DNA of 57,441 nucleotides, from assembly GCA_963847185.1 (NCBI GenBank), contig CAWJYV010000009.1, positions 1 through 57,441 of the forward strand. The letters are read 5' to 3'. Source of the DNA: an uncultured Methanosarcinaceae archaeon (GTDB lineage: Archaea > Halobacteriota > Methanosarcinia > Methanosarcinales > Methanosarcinaceae). Shown here piece by piece: positions 9,338 to 20,159 of this stretch (position 1 is its first letter; each line of letters starts with the position of its first letter). A model generated the notes under the pieces. The model saw only the letters and a list, made by a program, of their open reading frames with translations, made no database searches and was not told the origin of the DNA. Position numbers and translations under genes: made by a program.

Positions 9338-10165
9338 ATGGAATTTTCCGCCTCAGGCAGTAAGCAAGAATCCGGAAGAACAAATTACCAGTTCCTTCTT
9401 ATTGCAGGCCTCAAGAAAGAAATAGAAATGGCTCGCAAGCTTGATCCTGAAAAACTTGCAGCTGAAATCCGAAAAGCAGGTTTCTCATGCCAGCAATGCG
9501 GAAAGTGCTGCAAACGGGCTTTTGGAGACAACAGGGTAGTTCTCATTCCCTCAGAAATCGAGAAAATCCGAGAGTATACAGCCCTCTCAAAACTTGAGGT
9601 TGCAGGACCTTTTTTGCCAGAACCCCCCCATAATGAATTGGGGGAAGACAAAGAAAACGGTAATGAAAGTATTTTCAAAGCTTCCAAAGAAAATGAAAAT
9701 GAATTTTCTGAAACTCCTGAGTTTTTTGAACTCCTCTCTGAAGATATCGATAGTGAAGGTAATATCCATGCTTTTGGGTGGATGCTCAGGAGGAAGAAAA
9801 ATGGAGACTGTATCTTTCTTGAGAAAGGTACGAGCAAATGCAGGACCTACCCTGTACGCCCGGCGCTCTGCAGAACCTATCCTTTTTATATCGAAGAACT
9901 GAAATTGTATACCTGCGAATGCGAAGGTCTGGGATACCCAATTTCCATAGAAGAAAGCCTAAAACTGGCAGAAAGCCTAAAACTGGCAGAAAGCCTCCTT
10001 TCCAGGTATATTTCGGAACTTGAGGATACGCTTGTTATGTATGAAAAATTCACAGACTTCAGGAGAGAAGAAAAAGGTATGGAGTTTGCAAAGGAAAATC
10101 TGGAAAAAGGCACATGTACTTACATAGTTCACGACAGCACAGGAACGACCAGAATTATTGAGTAA
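9338..10165 (+). CDS. YkgJ family CxxCxxCC Fe-S/Zn cluster protein
   Basis: FSCQQCGKCC, CIFL, CRTYPVRPALCRTYPF. Confidence 0.85.
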   Translation: MEFSASGSKQESGRTNYQFLLIAGLKKEIEMARKLDPEKLAAEIRKAGFSCQQCGKCCKRAFGDNRVVLIPSEIEKIREYTALSKLEVAGPFLPEPPHNELGEDKENGNESIFKASKENENEFSETPEFFELLSEDIDSEGNIHAFGWMLRRKKNGDCIFLEKGTSKCRTYPVRPALCRTYPFYIEELKLYTCECEGLGYPISIEESLKLAESLKLAESLLSRYISELEDTLVMYEKFTDFRREEKGMEFAKENLEKGTCTYIVHDSTGTTRIIE

Positions 10166-10312
10166 CAGAACATGAAAAGCTGTAAAAAACCCTGATGAAC
10201 CCTTTTTAATTTTAAGCTTCTTTGTCGTTTCATGTCCTAAAAAGAGTTTTTATCTTTTCATACCAATTCCCATCAATTAAATTTATTTATGAGAAGGAGC
10301 CAGTTATTCCCC

Positions 10313-11608
10313 ATGACGGGGATGTCTGGTAACGAAGACCGGCCGATGACCATATCGGAAAAAATCTTTTCGAAAGCCTCCGGAAATTCCGTGAAAGCCG
10401 GAGATTTCGTGCTGGCAAATGTAGACCTGGCAATGACACATGATATTACAGGTCCGCTGGCAATCCAGGGCTTTTATGAAATAATGAAAGGCAAGGAAGA
10501 GAAGAATGTTTGGGATCCGAAAAAGATAGTGATCGTATTCGACCATCAGGTTCCTGCGGATTCCATCAACGCAACGGCAAATCATATTATGTTGAGAAAG
10601 TTTGCTGAGGAACAGGGCATCTTAAATTATGACATATATGAAGGAGTTTGCCATCAGGTTCTTCCAGAGAAAGGACATGTTCTTCCAGGAGACCTCATAG
10701 TTGGTTCTGACTCGCATACCTGTGCGTACGGAGCTTTAGGGGCATTCTCTACAGGCATAGGATCTACTGATATGGCAGCTGTTTTTGCGACAGGCAAACT
10801 GTGGTTCAGGGTACCCGAAACTATTCGCTTTGAAGTTGAAGGCAACCTGCCAAGGCGCGTATACTCAAAGGATCTTATCCTCCACCTGATAGGTGACGTT
10901 GGAGTAGAAGGAGCCAGATATATGGCAGCCGAGTTTGCAGGCTCAACAATCCGCTCTCTTTCGATTCCAGAACGCATGACCATGTCCAACATGGCAATTG
11001 AGATGGGAGGAAAGGCAGGGATCATCGAAGCTGACGAAGTAACTGCAGCCTACCTCAAAGAGAGAGTTCTATACTACGAATTTGACCCCTACTGGAAGTC
11101 CGATGAAGACGCAAAATATCTGGATATCAGGCATTATGATATCTCTGACCTGGAACCTCAGGTAGCCTGTCCGCATAACGTGGATAATGTAAAACCTGTG
11201 AGTGAGGTAGAAGGCACAAAAATTGACCAGATCTTTATGGGATCCTGCACAAATGGCAGATTCGAAGATATTAAGATCATGGCAGATATCATGGGTGACG
11301 AGCCTGTGGCAAAAGGTGTGCGCCTTCTTGTTGTTCCAGCTTCAAGGACAGAGTACATGAAACTGTTAAGAGCAGGGTATATAGAGAAACTTATGAATGC
11401 AGGTGCAATTGTGGAGTCTCCCTGCTGCGGGCCATGTATGGGAGGATCTTTTGGCTTGTTAGGTGCAGGCGAAGTAGGCCTGGCAACCTCAAACCGCAAT
11501 TTCAAGGGCAGAGAAGGAAGCCCAGAATCCTTTGTGTATCTCTCCTCCCCCGCAACTGCAGGAGCATCAGCCCTTACCGGAGAAATAACTGATCCCCGGA
11601 AGGTTTGA
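10313..11608 (+). CDS. Homoaconitase / 3-isopropylmalate dehydratase large subunit
   Basis: [28 protein letters not shown]; start could be 10289, 10313 or 10346; substrate not resolvable. Confidence 0.9.
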   Translation: MTGMSGNEDRPMTISEKIFSKASGNSVKAGDFVLANVDLAMTHDITGPLAIQGFYEIMKGKEEKNVWDPKKIVIVFDHQVPADSINATANHIMLRKFAEEQGILNYDIYEGVCHQVLPEKGHVLPGDLIVGSDSHTCAYGALGAFSTGIGSTDMAAVFATGKLWFRVPETIRFEVEGNLPRRVYSKDLILHLIGDVGVEGARYMAAEFAGSTIRSLSIPERMTMSNMAIEMGGKAGIIEADEVTAAYLKERVLYYEFDPYWKSDEDAKYLDIRHYDISDLEPQVACPHNVDNVKPVSEVEGTKIDQIFMGSCTNGRFEDIKIMADIMGDEPVAKGVRLLVVPASRTEYMKLLRAGYIEKLMNAGAIVESPCCGPCMGGSFGLLGAGEVGLATSNRNFKGREGSPESFVYLSSPATAGASALTGEITDPRKV

Positions 11609-11664
11609 AAACCTCCTGTTTATTTTTTGGGATATTTTTGCGCATTAAATAAAAAGGTGTTTAG

Positions 11665-11979
11665 ATGCCGGATGCTGATTTATCAATTTTGAACAGAGTA
11701 TACGAGATCATTCTGGACAGGAAATATAACTACGACGAGCAATCATATGTCTGCAAGCTTCTGAATCACCGCAAGGGTATGAACAAGATTCTTGAAAAAG
11801 TAGGAGAAGAATCAATTGAAACTATTCTTGCAGTCAGAAACGAAGACCACGCAGAAATTGTATCTGAAAGCTCGGATTTAATCTTCCATCTTCTTGTACT
11901 CCTTGCTGCAAATAATATTACTCTCGATGAGATTGCAGCCGAGCTCAGGGCCCGGCATGAAAGCATGAAAAGAAATTGA
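11665..11979 (+). CDS. hisE: Phosphoribosyl-ATP diphosphatase
   Basis: [22 protein letters not shown]. Confidence 0.93.
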   Translation: MPDADLSILNRVYEIILDRKYNYDEQSYVCKLLNHRKGMNKILEKVGEESIETILAVRNEDHAEIVSESSDLIFHLLVLLAANNITLDEIAAELRARHESMKRN

Positions 11980-11994
11980 AGATCTAAATGATAT

Positions 11995-12018
11995 CCTGCA
12001 CCTGGCTGAAGGTGCAGG
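11995..12018. terminator. Hairpin between convergent genes
   Basis: CCTGCACCT-ggctga-AGGTGCAGG 9-bp stem just after the hisE stop. Confidence 0.4.
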
Positions 12019-12141
12019 CAATTGAATATTTCTGAGGAAACCCCTTTTTGGATACCTTTCAGAGTTTTTCCTAGTTTTTTAAGAAATCATCTGAAATATA
12101 AAATCTCAGAATAATTTTAGTTTTCGGAAAACATCTGACTC

Positions 12142-13017
12142 TCAGTAAACTGCAAGTTCATTTAACACATCCGTTTTTGATAGGGTTCCTTTGGGTACGC
12201 CATTTATCGTTACAATAAGCCTTCCTACATTGTATTTATGGAAGAGTTTTACGACGTCATAGAGCTGCATATCCCCATCAACCGTGATAAGTTCCTTTGT
12301 CATAATGTCTTTGACTTTCGCATTCGGTTTTCCCTGAGAAATTGCATGGGCAATATCAGTATAGGTGACAATTCCTACGATTTTTCCCTTGTCTTCTACA
12401 GGTGCTCCATGAACATTGTTCCTGATGAAAAGTCTTGTTGCTTCCTGAATACTTGCATTCAGGTTCACAAGCAAAGGAGGATATTTCATGTAGTGTTTAA
12501 CATGTTTTTTAGGGAGAGAAATCATTTCGGTAATATTGAAAAGAATAGAGTTATTGGTATCGTCCCTACCCGTGACCTCTCCGCGGATTATCAGACGGTT
12601 TACAGGCGTTGGTCCTACCTGAAGCTTATCATCTATCACAAAATCTTTTATATTTCCTATTACACGGACGACCCCATTGCATACGTCAGGATTTCTGACG
12701 GTCGTAAAACTAATTTCAGCAGCAGTAGCTCCATCTACAATTACACTATTTTTATAAAGGGGAACTACGGATTCGTTTTTTAGCTGCTGGATACGTAAAG
12801 CGTCATATGCTGCCCCTGTAGGTTTGTACCCTCCTTTTGGCCCAGGAACTCCTTCCACCAGGCCCAGAGCTTTTAATAACTGCATCTGGTTGCGGATTGT
12901 TCCAGGGTTGCGCTGGATAACTTCAGCAATTTCTTCACCTTTAATTGCCCTGTCCTTTTGCCGCTGAAGGTTGATTAATGAAATAATAATATCTTTTTGA
13001 ATCGGAGTGAGCTCCAT
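12142..13017 (-). CDS. HrcA-like HTH plus CBS-pair transcriptional regulator
   Basis: PGTIRNQMQLLKALGLVEGVPGPKGGY; two C-terminal CBS domains. Confidence 0.88.
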   Translation of the reverse strand: MELTPIQKDIIISLINLQRQKDRAIKGEEIAEVIQRNPGTIRNQMQLLKALGLVEGVPGPKGGYKPTGAAYDALRIQQLKNESVVPLYKNSVIVDGATAAEISFTTVRNPDVCNGVVRVIGNIKDFVIDDKLQVGPTPVNRLIIRGEVTGRDDTNNSILFNITEMISLPKKHVKHYMKYPPLLVNLNASIQEATRLFIRNNVHGAPVEDKGKIVGIVTYTDIAHAISQGKPNAKVKDIMTKELITVDGDMQLYDVVKLFHKYNVGRLIVTINGVPKGTLSKTDVLNELAVY

Positions 13018-13377
13018 ACTACCACCATCAATTTCATATACCTTTATCAGGATGATGTACTAAACTTATACATCGATAAAGTATACCACCGTTGATATTT
13101 ACCATAATTAATGATTATAAATTCCTACTACAAATTATTATTACAAATATAAAAAGAGTCCGGTTCTGCTTTGAGTATCTAGCTGGTTTTTACCCCTTCT
13201 ATGATGTTTATTAAGAGAATTTGTAATTACAAATTCAAAACCAGGCAATAAATTTCCTTTCAGAAATCTTCTTCACATCTCTTTGAGAAATTTTTGCTTG
13301 CATGCATATTTTGTCAGAAATCTTAATCCATAGAAATAAATATATACTTAACAGAACCCCCAGAGGGTTAGAATATC

Positions 13378-14376
13378 ATGATATTTGAGAAAATTCACAC
13401 AGTTCCCACTTCAGAGGAATTAATCAACAAAGCTTTCAAGCGGGCATCAAGAGCTATGTCCGGAAAGACTATCGAGAACAGGGAAAGTTTGTTCAGGGCA
13501 AACGAGTCAATGGTACTGACAGCAGCAAACATCTTCACAGATAATCTTGCAAATATAGTCAGACGATTCCCAAGTTTTGATCAATTACCCAGGTTCTACT
13601 ACGAACTTACAGATATTTTAGTAGGTGTTGAGAAACTTAAGATGTCCCTTGCATCCGTAGATTGGGCCAGCGGGAAGATCCATGAGGTTGCAAGAAGCTA
13701 TGTAGGAAAAATCCGAAACTCGGATATTCCTGAGCCTGTTAGAAAAGAAGCTTTCGGAAGGCTTGCATCTATTATCAAATCAATTAATAAGGATCTTCTT
13801 TTCCTCAATGAAGCCAGAAATATTCTAAGAAAACTTCCTGATGTCCAGGACGAACCCACTATTGTTATTGCTGGTTATCCGAATGTAGGGAAGTCAAGCT
13901 TTGTTTCGAAAATAACCGGTGCAAGCCCGGAAATAGCCCCCTATCCTTTCACAACAAAAGGAGTGACAATTGGACACTTTATGCGGGGTGGAGTGCGTTA
14001 CCAGGTTATGGATACACCCGGCCTTCTTGACCGCCCGATGTCCGAGAGAAACGATATTGAACTTCAGGCAGTCACTGCAATCCAGTACCTTGATGCTGTT
14101 GTAATGTTTATAATGGATCCAAGTGAAAGCTGCGGATATGAGGTTGAAGATCAGAAAAGGCTACTTGCAGAAATTCAAGAAAACTTTAAACTACCCCTGT
14201 TTGTTGTCGCAAATAAAGCTGACAGGCCTGAGTTTAGAAAAATAGATGAAGTCGAATTGAACATTTCCACGATTACAGGAGAAGGAATTAACGAGGCGAT
14301 GGACAGGCTTCTGGAGATGATTGAAGAAAAACGCCTTCAATCTTCCAAAGAAGTGGATGAAAATTCCACTGACTGA
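13378..14376 (+). CDS. NOG1 family GTP-binding protein
   Basis: GYPNVGKS, YPFTT, DTPGLLDRP, NKAD. Confidence 0.93.
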   Translation: MIFEKIHTVPTSEELINKAFKRASRAMSGKTIENRESLFRANESMVLTAANIFTDNLANIVRRFPSFDQLPRFYYELTDILVGVEKLKMSLASVDWASGKIHEVARSYVGKIRNSDIPEPVRKEAFGRLASIIKSINKDLLFLNEARNILRKLPDVQDEPTIVIAGYPNVGKSSFVSKITGASPEIAPYPFTTKGVTIGHFMRGGVRYQVMDTPGLLDRPMSERNDIELQAVTAIQYLDAVVMFIMDPSESCGYEVEDQKRLLAEIQENFKLPLFVVANKADRPEFRKIDEVELNISTITGEGINEAMDRLLEMIEEKRLQSSKEVDENSTD

Positions 14377-14620
14377 TTTCTTATAATTTGTCTTAAATAA
14401 GTTAATTCAATAATTGTACTCAGAATCAGATTCAGGAACGATATCCAGCGGTTCAGAGCTTTAATTTAATTTTTGGAGATATCATCACCTTTTTCAAGCT
14501 TTGAACGATATCTATCAAGCTCTGTAACTGTTTATCAACTTATTAGAGCTTGTCATCAGGATATTAAAACCCATCTCCAGTAGTTTATAGTTATCTTCAG
14601 CTTTTTAGCCTGATTTCTGT

Positions 14621-15559
14621 TTAGATTATTCCAAACTGCATTAAAATGGCCAGGAAAACTAGTATAAAACCTGTTGTAAGTCTTATTTCAACTCTCCATT
14701 TTTCCCTGAATTCGGTAACCTTTTTGGGACTCAGTCCAAAAGCAAGTAAAAGCCCAAGGCATATTACAGGAAGAAGAAGGCCGATATTGTAAATTCCCAT
14801 ATACATGGTTCCTCTTATTATATCGGTCTTTGTCGCCAGAATACTCAGGAGAGAAAGGTAAATTGCCCCCACACAGGGAGCTTTAACCAGAGAGAACATC
14901 CCCCCTGAAAGAAAAGACAGAATCAAAAAGTTTTTCTCGCTCATTTTCCCCATAAAGTTCTTCAGGAGTTCGGGAGTCTTGAAGGTCGACTTTGCATGTT
15001 TATTCAGCCAATATGCATCATAGATATGCCAGAAACCAAGCAGAAAAGTCACCAGGATTGCGATTTCGCTAAAAGTTTCCCGGATTTCAGGCAGTAAACT
15101 AACAACGCTGAAGATGCCCATCCCTGCAAGCATATACATGGCAAAAATCCCTGCTGAAAAACCGCAAGTTATTTTGAGCATCTCTTTTCTCCTTCCATGC
15201 TGAACAAGGACAATTGAGGCAAGAAAAGCCATTACTGCTAGCAGGCACGGATTAAAACCCGCAAGAATACCTGCTGCAAAGAGTAAAAAAGGGCTTATTT
15301 TCTCGATATGCTTATTTTTTCCTTCTCTACTTGCTGCAAGTGGAAGCAAAAGTCCTTCAGCAAAAAATAAAGGAGAGGCACCGATAGTTTCCGTCAGAAA
15401 AATATTGTCAGGATCTGCCATCCCTCCGTAGAAAGAGCCTTTCAATCCACTCTTAGCTAACGCAGCTGAACCGGAAACAGGACTGAGCAACAAAGAAATA
15501 CATATCAACGCAAAAATTCCTTTGTTCAGGAACGTTGAAAGCATACTTTTCTTTTTCAT
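14621..15559 (-). CDS. CcdA/DsbD-like cytochrome c biogenesis membrane protein
   Basis: AGFNPC and KAPCVG paired TM cysteines; multiple TM helices. Confidence 0.8.
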   Translation of the reverse strand: MKKKSMLSTFLNKGIFALICISLLLSPVSGSAALAKSGLKGSFYGGMADPDNIFLTETIGASPLFFAEGLLLPLAASREGKNKHIEKISPFLLFAAGILAGFNPCLLAVMAFLASIVLVQHGRRKEMLKITCGFSAGIFAMYMLAGMGIFSVVSLLPEIRETFSEIAILVTFLLGFWHIYDAYWLNKHAKSTFKTPELLKNFMGKMSEKNFLILSFLSGGMFSLVKAPCVGAIYLSLLSILATKTDIIRGTMYMGIYNIGLLLPVICLGLLLAFGLSPKKVTEFREKWRVEIRLTTGFILVFLAILMQFGII

Positions 15560-15982
15560 GTCCTTTTTCCCAAATTATTTTAGTGTGAATATCCACAGTA
15601 TTTTTTGTCTTTTCCTATTTTCCTGTTAGACAAGAAAATTCATCAACTGATAACAATTACTTTTTCGAATTTTTTATAAATAATATTCTTTTGCATATAT
15701 TAATAGATTTTTATAATATACTGATTAAAATAACATTAATTTCTCTAAAGCTGGCAACGGTTATGGATATATATAATCCTTGTGGCAAAGCGCCTGACAA
15801 TTAAACAAAAAGGATAATTGCGAACTTATAATAGTACTAATAGTCACTTTGAAATTAAGATAAGAAATAAGAAAAAGAAGAAAGGGGAAAAGCAGAAAAA
15901 GAAGAAAGTAGGAAAAGCAAAAAAGAAATAAAAAAAATAAAGATTTTTCTTCCCTATAATTTTTACTACAATTTTTCTTTTT

Positions 15983-17095
15983 TCAGAGTACTTTTTCCAT
16001 GATGCTAAGAGCTTTTTCAATATCTTTCATCGAAGCTGCATAAGAAATTCTTATGTATCCATCACCCTCGCTTCCAAAGGCAGTCCCGGGAACAACAACA
16101 ACACCATTTGAGATCAATTTAGAGGCAACTTCTGCTGAATTCGCAACTTTCGGGAAGGCGTAGAAAGCTCCTTTGGGAAGAGCACATTCCATTCCGAGCT
16201 CATTCAGTCTTTTTACTAGTACATCTCTTCGTTTTTTGAATTCTTCCCGCATGGAATTAACCGAGTCTTTAGGCCCTGTAACTGCGGCATAAGCGGCTTT
16301 CTGAGCGACTGAATTGGCACAGGCCTGCATGTACTGATGCACCTTGAGCATCTGGCCTGTATACTCCTTTCTAGCTGCAACATACCCGAGTCTCCAGCCG
16401 GTCATAGCATAGCTTTTGGATGCTGCATTTACAGTAATTACATTGTCCGAATAACTTGCAGGGCTTACATGCTCTCCTTCGTAGATGAAATACTCATAGA
16501 CTTCGTCCGAAATAATGGTTATATTGTGGTCTTCTGCAATCTCTGCAAGGGCTTTAATATCTGCCCTACTTGCAACCGCACCTGTGGGATTTGAAGGAGA
16601 GTTGAGTATAATGGCTCGAGTCTTCGGAGTTATTTTTTCAAGCACAGCCTCAGGCTTCATAGTAAGGTCATCTGCTAAAGGGACACTTACAGTTTTGCCA
16701 TTCAGAATTTCAGTCAGCGCGTTATAGGAAACAAATCCGGGATTTGAGATAAGGACTTCATCTCCCGGATTGAGGAGGGCTGCAAGGGCAATAGCAAGAG
16801 CTTCCGAGGCACCGGATGTAACAATGATTTCCTGAGGGGAAACCGAAAATCCATTTTCCTCTTTGAATTTTACACTCAGGGCCTCTCTGAGTTCCGGAAT
16901 TCCCGGACCTACAGTATAGCCTGTAAAACCTTCATTTATGGCGTTTATAGCCGCTGCTTTTATATGTTCTGGAGTATCAAAATCTGGCTGCCCGAGTCCA
17001 AGGTTAATGGCATCTGAGCCTGCAGCTTCAAAAATCTTTCTAATTCCGGATGTGTCTATTCTGGCCACATTCTCTGAAAATTTTATCTCCTTCAT
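15983..17095 (-). CDS. PLP-dependent aminotransferase class I/II (aspartate aminotransferase-like)
   Basis: NSPSNPTG, SDEVY, SKSYAMTGWRLG; GGAGG upstream of ATG 17095. Confidence 0.92.
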   Translation of the reverse strand: MKEIKFSENVARIDTSGIRKIFEAAGSDAINLGLGQPDFDTPEHIKAAAINAINEGFTGYTVGPGIPELREALSVKFKEENGFSVSPQEIIVTSGASEALAIALAALLNPGDEVLISNPGFVSYNALTEILNGKTVSVPLADDLTMKPEAVLEKITPKTRAIILNSPSNPTGAVASRADIKALAEIAEDHNITIISDEVYEYFIYEGEHVSPASYSDNVITVNAASKSYAMTGWRLGYVAARKEYTGQMLKVHQYMQACANSVAQKAAYAAVTGPKDSVNSMREEFKKRRDVLVKRLNELGMECALPKGAFYAFPKVANSAEVASKLISNGVVVVPGTAFGSEGDGYIRISYAASMKDIEKALSIMEKVL

Positions 17096-17162
17096 ATTTA
17101 GCCCTCCTGTGTTCCTGTTGTCTCTGAAAAATACCCACTCATTTCTGGTGATTTTTCGGGCC

Positions 17163-17777
17163 TTATTCGATATTCGTATGCCTTGATTTAAGTTCGGCTT
17201 CAGAAGCACCTGTAAGTGTTATTAGCTGAGCGATTATTGAGTCCAGAAAAACCATAGAGGTAATTTCAAAAGAAGTACCCAGGGGAGGTAGGTTTCTGTA
17301 TTCCCCACGCATGCTTTTTTCAAGGTAGCCACCTGCGTCATGGTCGTTTTTACTCTTGCTCGGAAGAACCATAGCAATATCTGAGATTCTGCCGAGTGTA
17401 GATCCTTTTTTGGAGGTGACAGTTATAAGGGTAGAACCTATGTCTTTTACTATTTTCCCAAGGTCAGCTATGGAACGGGTTTCCCCCGACCCTGAGATCG
17501 CAATCACAACATCAGGAGGCCGAACAGCAGGAGTTGTGGTTTCACCAACCACATATACACTGAATCCCAGGTGCATAAGCCGCATAGCAAATGCTTTGGC
17601 AACGAGCCCTGATCTCCCGGCTCCCATAACAAAGATCCTATCACTGTCCATGGTTTTCTGGAGCATAGCCTTTATGGCTTCGATGTCAAGCCTGTCAATG
17701 ACCTCATTGAGGTTTTCCACGATCAGTCTCATCGATAATAATACATCTTCACAATCATTTATCTGAGTTTCTTTCAT
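17163..17777 (-). CDS. hxlB: 6-phospho-3-hexuloisomerase
   Basis: GAGRSGLV, FAMRLMHLG, VGETTTP, ISGSGET, RHTNIE. Confidence 0.93.
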   Translation of the reverse strand: MKETQINDCEDVLLSMRLIVENLNEVIDRLDIEAIKAMLQKTMDSDRIFVMGAGRSGLVAKAFAMRLMHLGFSVYVVGETTTPAVRPPDVVIAISGSGETRSIADLGKIVKDIGSTLITVTSKKGSTLGRISDIAMVLPSKSKNDHDAGGYLEKSMRGEYRNLPPLGTSFEITSMVFLDSIIAQLITLTGASEAELKSRHTNIE

Positions 17778-17998
17778 ATGAGTTCTCCAAAAAACATTGG
17801 GTTAAATAAATGGCTGTTTATAATAGTCGATTAGAGCATTATCTACCTCTACATAGATATAAAAATAACTCCTGAAAACTCCTATCTCAAAATCCTCTCT
17901 TGATACCCTTTTTTACTTCAATCAAAGCTTATTGTGAATCTCAGGAATAAGTACTGGAAGTTAATTTTGTCTCACTACAGTGCTGGTAGTCCGCCTTT

Positions 17999-18520
17999 TC
18001 ACCGATTTGATTGTGGTTCAGATTTATCGGTCTTATAGTTTATAGCTTTTAGTTCCCAGTTTTCGATATTGTTTTTGAATTCCTGATAAAGCCTCTGGAT
18101 ATCGCAGTCACTTCCGTTCCAGTAAAAGTCCTTACGCGCTTCTCCTTTTCGAAGCTCTTCAAGTATATGTTTTGACAGGTGGAAAAGGGCTTTTCTATTG
18201 GAAAAAGGAATACTATAATTTACGCGATAACCGCCGGCTGTTTTTCCATAGGACACCAACGTATATCCTCTACTTTCGTACTCCGTAATCTCGTCAAAGT
18301 TACATATCATTTCAAACTCGTGAACCGTAGACTGATCTATTTTCGAGATTCCTAGGAGTACCTGCGCTATAATATAATCAGGAACCTTCCGTCCAAACCA
18401 TACTGCCATTTTTCCGTAGGTACAAATAACATTGACGTCATTTCTACCCATCTCAAAGGAACTGAGGGACTGAGGAGGGAATATTTTTACTTCCAGGTCT
18501 TGGGTCTTCTGGGCACACAT
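17999..18520 (-). CDS. Hypothetical protein, third gene of the GTPase/DUF2073 operon
   Basis: 173-aa ORF 12 bp downstream of the DUF2073 gene. Confidence 0.65.
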   Translation of the reverse strand: MCAQKTQDLEVKIFPPQSLSSFEMGRNDVNVICTYGKMAVWFGRKVPDYIIAQVLLGISKIDQSTVHEFEMICNFDEITEYESRGYTLVSYGKTAGGYRVNYSIPFSNRKALFHLSKHILEELRKGEARKDFYWNGSDCDIQRLYQEFKNNIENWELKAINYKTDKSEPQSNR

Positions 18521-18532
18521 TGCTTCACTTCG

Positions 18533-18901
18533 TTACTTACTTGCAGAGACAAGTGCACTGATCAGGTTTCGATCTTTTTTAAGGGTTTTGAGCTGGTTTG
18601 CAGGCCCTATAACTGTAAGTCTTTTGTTGCTTTGTTTTTTAAATAGCTTTCCTAGCAACGAAGCGTCCGCATTTGCAGGATAACTCTGCATTTCAATACC
18701 TGAAAACACATCAGGTTGAATGGCTGACATTGTCATCTCTATTAGCTTTGCTTCCTCCATAGGGTTAAGACCCTTTTCAAGCACCAGGATTTTGCCTTTC
18801 CGTACCTCATCAATTATGTACCGGACTTTTTCCATTGAAGCCATTTGCGAGATTCTGGCTTCGGATATGAGATCAAGTTGAATTCCCTGCATGTCAATCA
18901 C
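18533..18901 (-). CDS. DUF2073 protein (OapB/ArvB-like)
   Basis: MEKVRYIIDEV, LEKGLNPMEEAKLIEMTM, LTVIGPAN. Confidence 0.85.
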   Translation of the reverse strand: MIDMQGIQLDLISEARISQMASMEKVRYIIDEVRKGKILVLEKGLNPMEEAKLIEMTMSAIQPDVFSGIEMQSYPANADASLLGKLFKKQSNKRLTVIGPANQLKTLKKDRNLISALVSASK

Positions 18902-19539
18902 CCGAACTGTTTTGCCAGAGCTTCATAAAATGCATCCATTCCTACTCCTTCAAGAGCCGAAACGGGCACCATGGGGTGCTGCGGGAAAGCTTCTTTTATG
19001 ACGGCTGGATCTGCATCAGGAAGATCTACCTTATTTGCTACGATCAAAAGCGGCAGATTTCTGGCTTCCATGTTTCCTATTACAGTTACATTGACCTGGG
19101 TATAGGGATTTTCAGTGGAATCCATAACCAGTATAACACCGTCAAGATCATCGAGCCACTTGACAGCTTCAATAACGCCTTCTGTAGCTTCTTTAGATCT
19201 TTTCTTCGACTCAGAGTCACTCATTCCCTGTTCCATAAAATCATGGAAGTCAATTTTCGTGGCAAGCCCTGGAGTGTCTACGATATCAAGGGATATTGTG
19301 TGTCCGTTAGCTGCGATAGTGACCCCATTCTTTCTTTTCGCATGTCTTGTTTCATGGGCTATATGGGAAACCGAACCCATTGCTTCTTCGGCTCCGACCC
19401 AGTCCTTAAGGATCCGATTACTAAGGGTTGTTTTGCCGGCATTTGGGGGACCGTAGATTCCTATACATGCTCCTTTTTTCTTGAACAGTTTACTAAATAT
19501 TTTTGAAAAGCTTACCTTAAATCGTTTTATCATACTCAT
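18898..19539 (-). CDS. Era-like small GTPase (OapA/ArvA-like)
   Basis: GPPNAGKTT, HETR, DTPG, NKVD, SAL; overlaps the DUF2073 gene. Confidence 0.88.
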   Translation of the reverse strand: MSMIKRFKVSFSKIFSKLFKKKGACIGIYGPPNAGKTTLSNRILKDWVGAEEAMGSVSHIAHETRHAKRKNGVTIAANGHTISLDIVDTPGLATKIDFHDFMEQGMSDSESKKRSKEATEGVIEAVKWLDDLDGVILVMDSTENPYTQVNVTVIGNMEARNLPLLIVANKVDLPDADPAVIKEAFPQHPMVPVSALEGVGMDAFYEALAKQFG

Positions 19540-20159
19540 GGCTTCCCTCCATTGGGAAAAGCATAAAACCTAAAATAACTCGGATTGCTTTCCTTTATGG
19601 GTTGGTGTTGTAATGATCTTTTTATCTAATTGATCCATGCATATAAATAATTTCCATTTGTTACACTGCGGGAATTAGAAGTGCTTTTTTTCGTATCGGC
19701 ATAACTGGATATAAATAGAAATTATAAACATTTCTATGGAAAGATAGAAAGTGCCTCCGTGAAAATAACACCTGAATATAAATAAATTACTTCTATCGCC
19801 CGATTTCCTGAACATCTTCAATAAAAAGTTTTTAAGTAGAAAATTTTCAGCTCTTCCCTAACTCATCTCATTTATACTAAAACTTTATGCGTTTATTGAT
19901 GTTCAGTACTTTCCTTTATAATTTTTCCTATTTTTATTCACACAATCTTAAAAATATAAATGACTTTTAGAAGAGAAAATTTATTTAAAAGAAAAATTTT
20001 CGATGTTATTCAGATAGAACTTATTCTCTTTTTCCCGGAAATCATTATATTCATTCTTACTGACCTTATTCCTGCTTTTTCCGGAAACTATTATGTCTAT
20101 TCTCATTAATGCCTATTCTCAACTGACCTGACCTGTTCGTATTTTCCAATCAATTAGAT

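Noticed and set aside
14400-14620. Degenerate short repeats (TCAAGCT, TATCA) between convergent genes
   Set aside because: Too irregular to define a unit by eye
19540-20159. Replication origin next to the oapA-like gene
   Set aside because: AT-rich with two TTCC(C)GGAAA-containing degenerate repeats, but no convincing ORB boxes and no orc1/cdc6 nearby
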